The position numbers and the translations under genes are program-made. From the NCBI GenBank assembly GCA_002811645.1, contig PDIP01000104.1, positions 1-61,941 on the forward strand: 61,941 nt of DNA, given 5' to 3'. Shown here piece after piece: positions 1-11,615 of this stretch. Positions within the stretch are counted from its first letter, which is position 1. Each line of letters begins with the position of its first letter. A model generated the notes under the pieces. That model was given only the letters and a program-made list of their open reading frames with translations, was not told the DNA's origin and ran no database searches. Source of the stretch: Corallochytrium limacisporum Hawaii (lineage: Eukaryota > Protista > Pluriformea).

Positions 1-3000
1 AAATCAAATGTGATAAGATTTATTTGATTCAAAGAAGGTTGCGACCCTATAAACCTAAATTCCTCCTTAACTTATGGGGCAGAGGTTGGTAGACTATAAG
101 TACGCGGCCCAACCAATTCCTATCTTCAACACAGTATGCCATGTGTTGTGTGGTTTACGATTGCTGGGTTGCTGCAAACTTGCGCTTGTGAGCCAGCCGG
201 CTTCAAGGGTTGCAAAGGCAAATCTTCTAGATGCCCTCGCCAGGCGCGGTAGACGGGGACCCAATTTCACTCGGGCCCACGGGGACCAAGTGCCTGAATC
301 CTGTTCCATATCCCAACCCCCATTTTCTTGACTTTTGCTCGATTTGTCCAGGCCAATAGAGGCCAGCAATAAAAGTACCAACGATCTATACCTTATTTGT
401 GGGCAATCCGGGAACGGGGAGAAACAAATCTCAAGATGCTGAATCCCCCAATGTTTCACGGTTTTCCAACCAAGAAAAGAAACTCTAACGACTACGGGCT
501 GATATATATAGCTGGATTCATTCCTTACTAATTCATTCCAACTTCCAGATGGTTTAGAATTGATCCGTTCAGAGTGTTTCAGAAAAAAGTATTGAAACTG
601 TCCTGTATTTGTTCCAAACCCTGCCAGCTCTGGTATCAGGTGCCAAAGGGGGAAGAAGACGTCAAAGGACACGCCCCCGTTGAAAGTGTTAACAATGGAC
701 GGACGTGATGTGGCCGGACGACCTGACAAAACCAGTATAGAGCAACAGCAATTGGAAATGAGAGAAAAGCAGAGAAGTTTTGCCCACCTCGTCTGCGTGT
801 ATGTATGGTTGTCTGACTGGCTACTCGCCTCCGTCAGAGTAACCCTCTGACTACGCATGCCTTCATATGATCAAACCTGATCAGAACAATGTCCGTAGTG
901 GTACAGCCGTATGATCATGCTCTCCAAGCCGAAGCTCCTCTGTACGGATATGGTAACTTGTTTGGCAGAGCACAATATATACCTATGGGATGTGTACCTA
1001 CACGAGTGATGCTACGTTGAAATTGGCTGGTAGTTGCCCGTGAACATGGACGAGCAAGTCTTTGATTTCGGACTTTTAGCTGTATTGAACTTCGTGCGCA
1101 TGTCCCGGTAGAGAATGTTGGAAAGGCTGGTTTGCAGACCGTGGAATTGAGCAAGAAGCAGCAGCACGTAATCTTGCTATCATAGACCACTCAGGTAGTT
1201 TTTGGCATGCCTGGAATCACGAGTGGCTCCTGTATGAACAACCGGACTACTGAAACATGGATATTGGAAAGAAAGGAAGCAAAGGGAGCGGAATAGTAGA
1301 TCCATTGCTCTCAGTGCCTTTGTATGACTGCCACAACAGGCTTTGCACCTCAGGGCTCCACAGAGGATGCGAGAGCCGGGGATATTGCAGGCTCCATCGG
1401 AACAGGCTGCTTGGCTGGCTGGCTGCTTTCTGATCAAGTCCGCGTACAATCGATCAAAGAGTTTACCATGCAGAAGTCACCGTACGACCCCCAAAATGAC
1501 TCCAAGGATGTAGCATCCGGCAGAAAGTTTGGCATGCAGAATGTCGGAGACGAGAGATGGCGCACCCCACCACATCCGATACGGGCTGCTTATTGGGCGC
1601 GAAACCGCCGCGCCCCAACTTTCAGCGAGGCCAGTTCCCATTGAAACAGCCATATTTCTGATATTCAAACTCTCTGATCTGGCTTTGTTTTGGAGATTTC
1701 GGAGATCAATTTGGAACCACAACTTTCAAGTATTGTCCACACTAAGCAACAATGCGTAGCACTTTGTAGTTGGTTCCTGCTCTACTAATACGCGTACCAG
1801 GTTCACAAGACCTTTCGACCCCATCATAGCCAAACGGAGACGAACAAGGAGCGCTAAGTTTCTACTCCTCCGGACAATTCCATTCCCGCAGGTAGGGAAA
1901 GAAACCTGTGGGATACTCGCAATTCAACCGCCGCCGCTCCTTGTTAGAAGAAATACTTGGCCTGACTTTTTTTTTCAAAAATGTTGTCTTTAGTCAACCG
2001 TTGTGCCTTCTGTATTCTCTCTCTCAGTATTCCCGAACTCGAGAAATTCAACGGTCTCTAGAAACTCTGCGATGTGTTGCAGTTGAGACTCTAGTACAAC
2101 CGTGTGTTGTGAATAGTGAATGCTGAATCTTAGTTTAGAAAGAATTAGGCCGGGCTCATAACCGGGGCAAGCAGCATGCAGACCGATCTCCCTATCTCAG
2201 GGCTATGAAGATCTCTTGCGGTTTTAAGTGATACAGGCGCACCCCACTAAAAAAATAACCGTGGAGAGTGAACAGGGGCCTCCGGCAGGGAACCAAATAA
2301 AGCGAGGGGGGACTGGACCTAGTGTGGGCTCCTGCGATAGAAAGACCTCCCGTATCGGGACAGAAATAGAAGGCACGCAGTGTGGGTGTGCCGGGAGTGA
2401 GAAGTAGTAAAGATCTAAGGGCTCCGTATATGTCCTACTTGGTCGAAAACAGGCTTGCCCTAATTCCAAATGAAATATATAGGCCCCCTTGCTTTGAGGA
2501 ACTTCCAGCGCTGGCAAATGTAGTGGCTTGCATGTGTCCGGGGTACTATTGACAATTATTGAATGGGGAGGGGTGTGGGCGCGGTGGAAGGAACACTAGT
2601 GGCTTGCGCATTCCTCGGTTTGACCTACACTTGGGGAAAGGCTAGGGTGCTGTTTTCAGAGCTGCCCTCTGCAGCGCAATGAAAACTGCCAGATTCTTCA
2701 ATACTCCGCACAGCTTAGAATGCACCCCACCATGTTGGTGGCCATGGCCGTATATTATCCACAGAGGATATCACTATATGTATCCGCACTTCTGTCAGCC
2801 GATGATTTCAAAAAGTTCGAAGAATGCAAGCGGACGAATCACAGGTATCTTCCCTTGCTGTAGAATGCCATATACGTGTGCGCACAGAATGCTGCGGCAA
2901 AATTGGGATGTCTGAAACAGTGACCATTCGAGCACCCGTCTCTTCTGCCGCAATAATCTACAACATTAATTTGGGAATTCCCGGCTTTCTATTGGTATCC

Positions 3001-6000
3001 GTCGAAGTGTGCTGTTGAGGATGGACGGTCTTATACGGGTCATTGATTCCGCATACTGTGGCTGGAAAGGTCATGGGGTGTTTCCGTAACCCCGGAGTTG
3101 GTCGACACTTTTGTCTCGTGGTAGATCTGCCAAGTTCCTGGATGGTCGATGCATGCGCACAGCCACCCCTTTTACCGGGGCAAGTACAAGCAACTATGCA
3201 ACAATGGACAAAGCGCCTGTACCACAAAACATTTTTCCCCATCTTCCATTATGCACCGCCCTAAGTCCGAATATATAGTCATGTGAGTCCTCAACCGACC
3301 ATCCACTATGATCAACAACGACGGATCATACATACAAACCAGCAGTATCTCAAACAGTATGCATGCTACACCTCCGCTGAACACGTATACACGCACATGT
3401 TTGCACTCGCACAAGCAGTTGCATTCAGTTTATAACCCCCCCCTGTTCGACGTTGACATATCTTGTCAATGTTTCTTCCCCATAGGTTCAGTTCCACTTT
3501 CTCATGCTTCCCCCTTCGGGAAAGTGCTGGAGGAGATCTGTAGCGAAATCAAGCGGTTTAGGATAACCAGTGCTGCTCTCTGCCCCACCTCGTCCAAGAT
3601 TTTCTTGTCTCGGAGTGGGGACTTGGGGTTGGTTGAGTGGTGGTTAAGACAGGTCCGTCGAGAGAAGGCCTGTCAGCTTTTACGTGTTCCTCTCATACAC
3701 AGTGAATGGGACTCCTTTTACTCTACAGATGACGTGCTGGTGTTGCTCCTTCGTTTCTTTCAATTGTCCAAAAACGGTCGACGAGAGTGTTGGTACGCCG
3801 TCTCCATCGTATGGGCCGTTCTTTTTTTTTAGCAGCAGCAACAGACATAGTCTTGTTCTCTATTCGTATTGTCCAGTAGTCTACAAGACAAGAGATCTAC
3901 ATAGTGTCCACGGGGAGCGGTGTGGAGGAAGAACAGGACAACCGCATAATGCTGACCAAGAGATGGCTTTGCAGGCGTTTAGACCCTCACCGGGGAGACC
4001 CGCCATTGGGGGAACCACCTCCCCCCGGCGCGGGGGGGAACTGCGGCCGGGGTTTGTCTTTTCGCTCATACTGTACTCCGAACCATACAAACTTGTAGTG
4101 TCTGGGGGTTGAATTTTATTTGATACGGCGTCTTGCCTCAGCGGTGGCAGCTCTTCCCCAAACAGGATACTCTTGGACACTAAGTTCGGTTTGAGGCAGT
4201 AGCGGAGCACCGGAAAGATTCTCCGATAGTTCAGAGGAGATCTATCACTGGTTGTAGATTGCCAAATTGATGCCATTTGTTTCCCTGCCACCTTCGCGTG
4301 GTTCGTCGGTGTCCAAATAGTTCAGGTGCAAACCCTTATGGACTGCTTGGTTGGCGCCAGTCGAACCCACGACCATTGAAATGAGACACATTGGGAGAGA
4401 CTGGGAATTGATGCAGAAGCGGAGAGACTTTGAGCGCGAGCGAAGGATGGGCCAGGCCTTTGAACAATGACAGATGGGGCTGGATCGCGGTGCCAAACTG
4501 AGAGAATCTACAAGCTAGAGGACAGGAGAGAGATCCAACACTTGGCACACGGGGCCGAAGACAGGACGTTGGGAATGCGGCTGAGAACCGGCGAAGGAGA
4601 AACTGACCCGACCCAGACGACAATTGCCACCTTCCCCAGTGTACACGTGGGGTTCTCTGTTACTACTATGTTGGCGGTTAATGTAGTTGACTGCTCCAAC
4701 AGAACCGGGTCTTCCAGGTCAATATGCTGGGGACTCAAACATTTGGAAACATTCCGAGATGTTCCTGTGTTATGGTCTTGAAACCCTCCATAACTCTTAG
4801 CCAATGTGGAGCCGCTCGGCGGTCCGGGCCCTTTGTCTCCGATACAGAAGAAAGCCATTGCAGTTGACGAATTTGTCTCCACGTTTCAGTTCTTGGTCAA
4901 TGCATGATTGAAACTGCGAGAACTGCTCTCCAGCACCATCCCTGACCATCCAAGAAGCAGATGATATGGGAGTAAGAGTTTCAGCTTGACAGGAAGTGGC
5001 AGCATCTATCTCCGAGATGATTGATTGATGGAGCGTTTTCGTGGTGCCTAGTAGCCTATCCTCGATGGATACGAGAAAACCATCACATGTAAACTAACCG
5101 AGCGAACACTGGCAAAGCACATACACAAGAAGCTTGCGGCTTTGTATGAGCACCAGAGAGTTCGCGATAATGGCAGGGGCACAAGTGCCGGTGATGCTAC
5201 GAAGACTATTCGACGGGAATACGCTACCAATGAAGAAGGTAGGGGTCCCAACGTTGAATGTTGAATGGGTATCACAGTTTACCTATCTCTTCGATATGAC
5301 CGCGCACCGATGTTGCAAACTCTTTAAGGTAAGGGTGCTACATAGCACCAGCACTGGATCGATCAACGCGAGCGGATGAGCGATGCGGGGAGGAAACTAT
5401 GCAGTAGGATTTTTCGACTGGTCCCCGTTTTATTGCACCTTCCCTGTCCTACCTTCTCTCTCTGCGGGCGCCGCGTATTCGCTTCAATCCAGCCCCTTGC
5501 TTCGTAATTTTGGAAAGTGATGCAACGGTTTGTTGAACGACAAGGCCTATGACGGACCAGCCGGATGAGGCCCGGCTGTGGCCAGCTCCTGTCCATGAGA
5601 ATCGTTTTACAGCTGCGTGGACCTCTACTTCATGCGTATGGTCCTTCTACTCCGTGCCCGGAGAGAGCTTGATCTCTTCTTCCTTCCTTCCATATTCCTT
5701 CCTCTTGCCTGTTTGCTCTGTTTATTGATGTCGATGGACGTCGGACCAGAACCACACACGAGCACCTTAAGGGGATAATCGTGGAGGGTATTTGGGGGTT
5801 CACAATTTCTCTACAGGCAGAACAGTAGGATTGCTATCGTGAGCCCCGTAACTGCAAACGTCCGGTGCAAAAATGGAATCTACAGAGTGCTTTGTGGGTC
5901 CGTTGTAGGGATCGGTGGGTTTTCTGCAACCAACCAACAAGGCACTGGTATCAGGTACGGCGTTTATAGCAGCACCTAAGTCCACTGCGTACTTGGTGCT

Positions 6001-7844
6001 TATCAGTAGCCCAAATAACAACCGAACCGGACGGACGAAGGAAGGGGTAGGACAGAAGGAACGAAAACGACAATGTGGGTGGGGAAGCAACAGAGGGGTG
6101 AAGGAAGCGATGAGCAGACCCTGTGTGGGGAATAGGCAAACAGAGACCAGCACATTTGAAACACCTCGGATGGGATCCGAGAGGTAGCTATGGGTATGGA
6201 GATCATAAGGCAAACATGTCCTCATGCTAATATTCCCAGATACATCTCTTTATTTGGGGTGTCTGTGTAGATGCCCATGCATGTACAGGTGCAGCCAATG
6301 ATAGTATGGGTTGGCCCGTGCCCGTGCTCACTCTCAATCATTCTCTACATGGCTTGTTGGAGGGTTCCGGTGGTGGTTTATATTGTACTCCAGCCATTCA
6401 TGCTTAGTTGTTGGAAACGAAAGTGCAAGAGGCCTGCATCATTTGCACATGCCCAAGCATCATCTACAAGAGAGGATCCCGGCGTCTCCAGTGGTGTGGT
6501 ATAGTTGTTCTGACACGTTTTCACTGTTGATAGGCCTGGAGTAAAGAAGAACCCAACTTCGATCGATCCCACCACAGCCTAAGTTTCTATATCTCTCGCG
6601 CTTCTACATTTCCTTGCAGCAGAACTCATATGCTTCGTCCTCCCCCACTCCCCGTGTCCTCACCTCTCGCTCGTTGCCGTCCACTAGAGAATTCATACCG
6701 TAGCTACGTATCTACCAACGCAAGCTCAAATGTTTGACAACGCTACCTAGCAAAAACGTGATCAGTGTGCATGGTGCATCATCCTAAAGATGGGGAGAAT
6801 ATACAGAACAGACCTACGTGGATGCGAATCTCCAAACGCTTTCTGTGGCATGGATCGCCAGCATTTGCTTTGCATCAGAGTTTCTCCTCAATGATCTGCC
6901 TCCCTGCCTGAGGGTGTCGGTGGTGAGCACATGAATGCGGTCAGATTAAGGTGATGAAATCAAAGTAGCGAAGACGCTGTAGTGTTGTTGTTCTATGTGT
7001 CTCTTGATGACTACTTTGTCATCGTGCCTTCGTCTTCGTTTGCAGATAGATAACAGGAAAGCTGGCCATGCTCGCAGATGGTCCAAAAAAGCTAGTTGGA
7101 AACTACGTCGCCCGCTATGCCACTGCACAGTGAAGAGATTAAACTGTATGGACACTCCGTCTTCGGTGAGATGATTTGTGCCGCACAATCTGGGGAGGTT
7201 TGTATGAGAGCTGGTCAAGTCATGGGCTATACTCTTGTTGGTTCCCTGCCTGCGATTGTGACCTTGATAGTACACAAGAGACTGGTGCTTCTCCACCTGT
7301 GCGCGTGACTCTTTTCTCGTCTCCTGGCATCTCTTTCGCTAGACGGTTCAGGAATGTCCGGTCAATAGATTATCTACACATTCTGTCTGGTCTGCGACGT
7401 CCCAAATTTCACTGCACAGTAAGTGTGGAGACAACAGGCCTTCGCGTCGACACATATGTGTAAATCTGTGCGCGTCTATTAATGCAGCTTGTCACTGGTG
7501 GTGCAAGAACGTGAGCCCGTTTATGCCGGTACTGCGGTACTAGAGGAGAACAACATAAAGGGTTCAAGATTGGCCACCTGTGGCAAAGCAGTCTTTCCAT
7601 CATAATGCCTCACTGTATCATATTGCGATTTCGGTCAAAAAGGAGTGTGACTGGTGCGTCTCTCAGCCAGTAGTTTCATATATATTATGAATCAAAATGA
7701 ATCATATTGATTGAATCGGAAATTAGGGGCTACTTGCTAGTCGGGTTCAGCAGCTGTTTTCCACTGCGTAGTGTCGGGGTTGGGGTTAAGAGGGGGGTGG
7801 GTGTTCCCTCCCCCCCCCACCAGGGAAGTTTATTTTTTGGTTCC

Positions 7845-7847
<3 letters not shown>

Positions 7848-7876
<29 letters not shown>
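7848..7876. repeat. (TG)n microsatellite, about 14 units
   Basis: Perfect TG run directly visible, next to a poly-C tract upstream of the C2-domain gene. Confidence 0.95.
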
Positions 7877-8334
7877 TGGATTGACGTGTGTCTCAAACTC
7901 TCGTTCACCAAAAGGAACTGGTGCCGATCCCCTTAAAGCATTTTTGCTTCCGAGTTCGCTCGTGTGTTACTAGGGCCCCCATAGGAACCTGGTAGTAAGG
8001 AAAATTTTTTTGACGGGACACCCAATTGCCTTGTTCGGCAAGTCTATTTTTCGTTATATGTGTGCAATAGATAGGGTCGCCCACGGCGGGCCGGGCACTC
8101 TTGTGAGCACCCTTTGATGGATGCGTCGGTTTGAGACTCTCCGTGCTATGCAGGTAATGTGCTGCTCTCTTAAGACTTCGCATACGATCATGCCGATGGC
8201 TTTTCTCACGGGATCTGTGGTGTCACAATGTTCAGGGGAATGATCTTCCGGGTACTTCGGGTGCAAACTCAGTGTCATCTTCTGCTCAGAGTGGTCAACA
8301 GATACGTCCACAGCTATCCGACAATTATTGAAAG

Positions 8335-9693
8335 ATGGTGAATTTGACTCCGAAGTTTATGGTACGATGCTCTGTGGTGCAAGCCAAGAACTTGCCCAAG
8401 ACGGATCGGTTCAGCAGCATCGACCCTTACTTTGTGATCTGTCACAATGGAGTTGACATTCACAAGACAAAAGCAAAGGATAATGATGTGTACCCGATCT
8501 GGGGCTTGGAACACCCGGGCATCGTGGAAACCGATGTGAACATGGAAGAGCAGAAACCGAGAGGTGTTTTCACCTTCAAGCTCTATGATAAAGGCATGCG
8601 TAAGGACAAGCACATTGCTACTGCGAAGGTGGACCTCTCTGAAGCCCAATGGAACCGCCAGAGCCTGCTCTGGGCTGATCTGGAGCTAAAGCCTGAGGAA
8701 AGTAAGTGGCAGAAGGATGGCATGTCTTGCACTGTAAGCATTTCTTGGATGTTTACGTTCGACACCCTGCAGGAGACCTACACCAATGCGCACAATATGG
8801 GCAGTTTGCCATACTTGTACTCCCATCCCCAAAAGAAGAGACTATATGTGCCGTGCATGCAGAGTGGGCCCAACGCACCCGTTTGCATGGGCATTGAATA
8901 CGAAAGGGACTGCATTGATGTGAAATTCTACACAATCGATCCTTCCGCCACTTCCAGCCTCTTCATTGATATGGTCAATGACGACGAAGAGATGAATGAC
9001 ATGATTCACAGATGCGCAAACTTGATTCGTCGCCGGCAAGGCAAGCCGGAGAAGAAGCGGGAAGACAAGGCAAGCAAACTGCGCCGCCGCCAGTATGATG
9101 TGACTCCACAGCACATTGAATGCTTTGACAAGGAGCGCCAGCCGTTCAGGCTCCCTGTTTTTGCCGAGATCAAGATGGATGACGTCATGATCGGTACCAA
9201 GTTTGAACTCATTTCTGTATTGTTCTTCGTCTCCCAGTTGCGATTCTCTTTGGGCATGGACGAAGTGGTGAAGAATTGTGGCTGGGCCGGTGCCATGTCC
9301 TGGCAGCAATGTCGCAAGAAATTGATCAACTGCGCCTTCGATGATCCCAAGGAGGAGATCTGGATGGAGCTGCCGGGCCACCAGGATGCACCCTGCCGTG
9401 CCATTGTGGACTACGATCCGGATGGCTGTGACATCAAGATAGCAGTCCTGCAGAACGCAGCGGGTGCGCACAATGTGACCTACGACCTGACCATCCGCAA
9501 CCCGGTTGTAAAGAAAACCACTCTGGTGTACAAGCCAGCTCGTACCAAATGCGCGGGCAAATATCCGGTTGTCCGCGAGGTGGAGCTTGACGACGTCCCA
9601 TTTGGTACCCAATTTCGCGATATGACTGTCACGGAGTACAGCATCCAACTCCACCAGACTGTTCCTCTGTCCCAAATTGCTGTGTTCTACTAG
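8335..9693 (+). CDS. C2-domain protein with two C-terminal copies of an unassigned domain
   Basis: 452-aa ORF. The N-terminus has C2 motifs (VVQAKNLPKTDRFSSIDPYFVI; FKLYDK...DKHIATAKVDL). The C-terminal half shows an internal duplication. Confidence 0.85.
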   Translation: MVNLTPKFMVRCSVVQAKNLPKTDRFSSIDPYFVICHNGVDIHKTKAKDNDVYPIWGLEHPGIVETDVNMEEQKPRGVFTFKLYDKGMRKDKHIATAKVDLSEAQWNRQSLLWADLELKPEESKWQKDGMSCTVSISWMFTFDTLQETYTNAHNMGSLPYLYSHPQKKRLYVPCMQSGPNAPVCMGIEYERDCIDVKFYTIDPSATSSLFIDMVNDDEEMNDMIHRCANLIRRRQGKPEKKREDKASKLRRRQYDVTPQHIECFDKERQPFRLPVFAEIKMDDVMIGTKFELISVLFFVSQLRFSLGMDEVVKNCGWAGAMSWQQCRKKLINCAFDDPKEEIWMELPGHQDAPCRAIVDYDPDGCDIKIAVLQNAAGAHNVTYDLTIRNPVVKKTTLVYKPARTKCAGKYPVVREVELDDVPFGTQFRDMTVTEYSIQLHQTVPLSQIAVFY

Positions 9694-9778
9694 TTAAGTC
9701 ACGGATCTAGTGTGAATTCGTTTCATTGGATTATAAAACTATATTTTCTTACGACGATACTATATGCACTGCCATTCT

Positions 9779-10657
9779 TTACGATGATGCTGCCGCTTCT
9801 GCTGCCTTCCTCTCTGCAGGAGACTGCGCCTTCAATTCTGGGTAGGTTGGTGCCTTATAGTGGCCCTTGATGTAGTCAAACTGATCTTTCATCACGTAGG
9901 TGCGAATCTTCTGCCACGTCATGCGAGCTGCCTGTGCGTAGCCAGCAGAGTTGAAGTGGCGCTTGTCAAAGGCCAGCAAATTTGGATTGCGGATGTAGTC
10001 CAGCTCCGGTCCCTCATGGATTGGACACTTTTTCTGCTTTAGCAGGGCTGCGATCTTTTCATTTTTAGCTTTGATCAGCTTCTCGCGCACATCCAGGTCA
10101 CCACCCAGCGGAACCTTGGCCAAAAAGACCTTCTTGCCATCTCGGTATAGCTGCATCACTAATCGTTCGATACTCCGGACCGTGCTCTGCGCCATACTTT
10201 CAATCTCTTCATCCGTATCTGAGGGACTCACCTCCAAGCGGTAGTCGTTGCTGCCGACAATCACAATGATGTACTGGGCATCTTGGTACTTCGCATTATT
10301 CTTGATCATGGAGTCATACAAAGAGCTACCACCGGCCTGCTTGGGCTCCCAGTCTTTGGCAGTCGAACCCAACACACCTGCACTATAGGTGCGCACGTCA
10401 ATCCGCAATGCAGTTTCCTTTGCTGTTTCGTTTGGTATGTTGTAAGGAATGCCTGGGTACCGTCCAATGATGTTGTAATCGCCGAACCCAGCGGCGTAGC
10501 CGTCTCCAATAACCACCACCTTGAGACGTGTATCCCCGGCAGCCGGAACTACTCCTTCAGCAGTCCACTTGCATGCCTGCATCCAGTATTTGCTGAAAAA
10601 CGTGCGAACCTGCATGTAGAGATAAATCAGCAGCGACAAGAACTCGTAACCTTCCAT
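9779..10657 (-). CDS. SGNH/GDSL hydrolase-fold protein (nucleophile Ser replaced by Gly)
   Basis: Block I VVVIGDGYAAG, block II GVLGST, block III VGSND, block V DKRHFN. Confidence 0.85.
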   Translation of the reverse strand: MEGYEFLSLLIYLYMQVRTFFSKYWMQACKWTAEGVVPAAGDTRLKVVVIGDGYAAGFGDYNIIGRYPGIPYNIPNETAKETALRIDVRTYSAGVLGSTAKDWEPKQAGGSSLYDSMIKNNAKYQDAQYIIVIVGSNDYRLEVSPSDTDEEIESMAQSTVRSIERLVMQLYRDGKKVFLAKVPLGGDLDVREKLIKAKNEKIAALLKQKKCPIHEGPELDYIRNPNLLAFDKRHFNSAGYAQAARMTWQKIRTYVMKDQFDYIKGHYKAPTYPELKAQSPAERKAAEAAASS

Positions 10658-11615
10658 GTTTCAGACAACTTTGAACCTGACCTTCTCAGGAGCGCTACCG
10701 CTGTACGTACGTTGTCCACTATGGAATGACAAAGCTCTTGCTGCGCATAACGCTAACCGGACCTTGTTGTGGCATGCGTGCAAAATTTTACATACCAATC
10801 TGATTCATAAGAACCAACACCAAGCGATGGCAGCAAAGACAACACAGACCTAAACAAAACGGAGGCACCAAAACAAAAAAGCCAGCCGCTGCACCGGCCG
10901 CACTCACCCAATGTCCAACGCGAAGCACCCGCTTAAAAATGTACGAGCTCAAACATGCACGGTACATTCGCTATGGTGCACCGTCGGTTCCTGAGGTCTC
11001 CGAATAATAAATAGTCCGTATATGAATACCCCAGGGTTGAATAGTCCGGAGGTCTCAATTCCCAGTTATTTTTAGGTTCGTGGGTTTGATACAAGAAGAT
11101 TTTGTGGGTTCATCAGTTGTGAAGAAGGGAAAGAGAACAGAAGGCGGGGGGGAGGGGGAAGGAAATGGTAAACACAAGCTGAACGTTCAATAGTTAACAA
11201 ACGGTGCGAAGCGTTTGCTCCCAAGAGGGAGATATTGAATTATATGCGGCAGATCGCACACGGAGCCTTCTCTGTTCGGATGAATCTGCGAGATCTTCAC
11301 CGGCCCTCCCCCCCCCTCCTCCCGGGTCGGTCCAATAGCCTGAGTGTTCGATCAGGCGAGGGGTCCCTATCCGTTCTTCCGCCCGTGCGCAAGTGAGTAC
11401 AACAGCAACAAGCCACACAGCCGACCGCCGCAGTCCACGTTTCTGGGGCAAGCAGGGTTGTGGTCTTGGACAGAGCGGGGCCTTGCCTAAGCGAACTTAT
11501 GGTTTGTTCTGCCGGTGGTATGGCCAATTCAGTAGCTATATATTGAATTGTAGGATAGCTTCGAATCAGACCTTGATGCATGTAAACTTATAGAACTTGA
11601 GCCAATATTCCAACG

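Noticed and set aside
94-858. 254-aa minus-strand ORF
   Set aside because: No recognisable motif and composition unlike the real genes; not called as a CDS.
830-905. TPP-riboswitch-like AACCTGATCAG...AATG
   Set aside because: No upstream CTGAG motif, broken P5 stem, and no thiamine gene nearby.
2521-2607. 11-bp direct repeat TAGTGGCTTGC as a possible target-site duplication; short repeats at 10993-11056
   Set aside because: No terminal inverted repeats or element body; too short to support a call.
8842-9675. Antisense and nested ORFs (e.g. 8842-9675 -, 21139-21702 +, 40555-41142 -)
   Set aside because: Shadow ORFs opposite real coding sequence.
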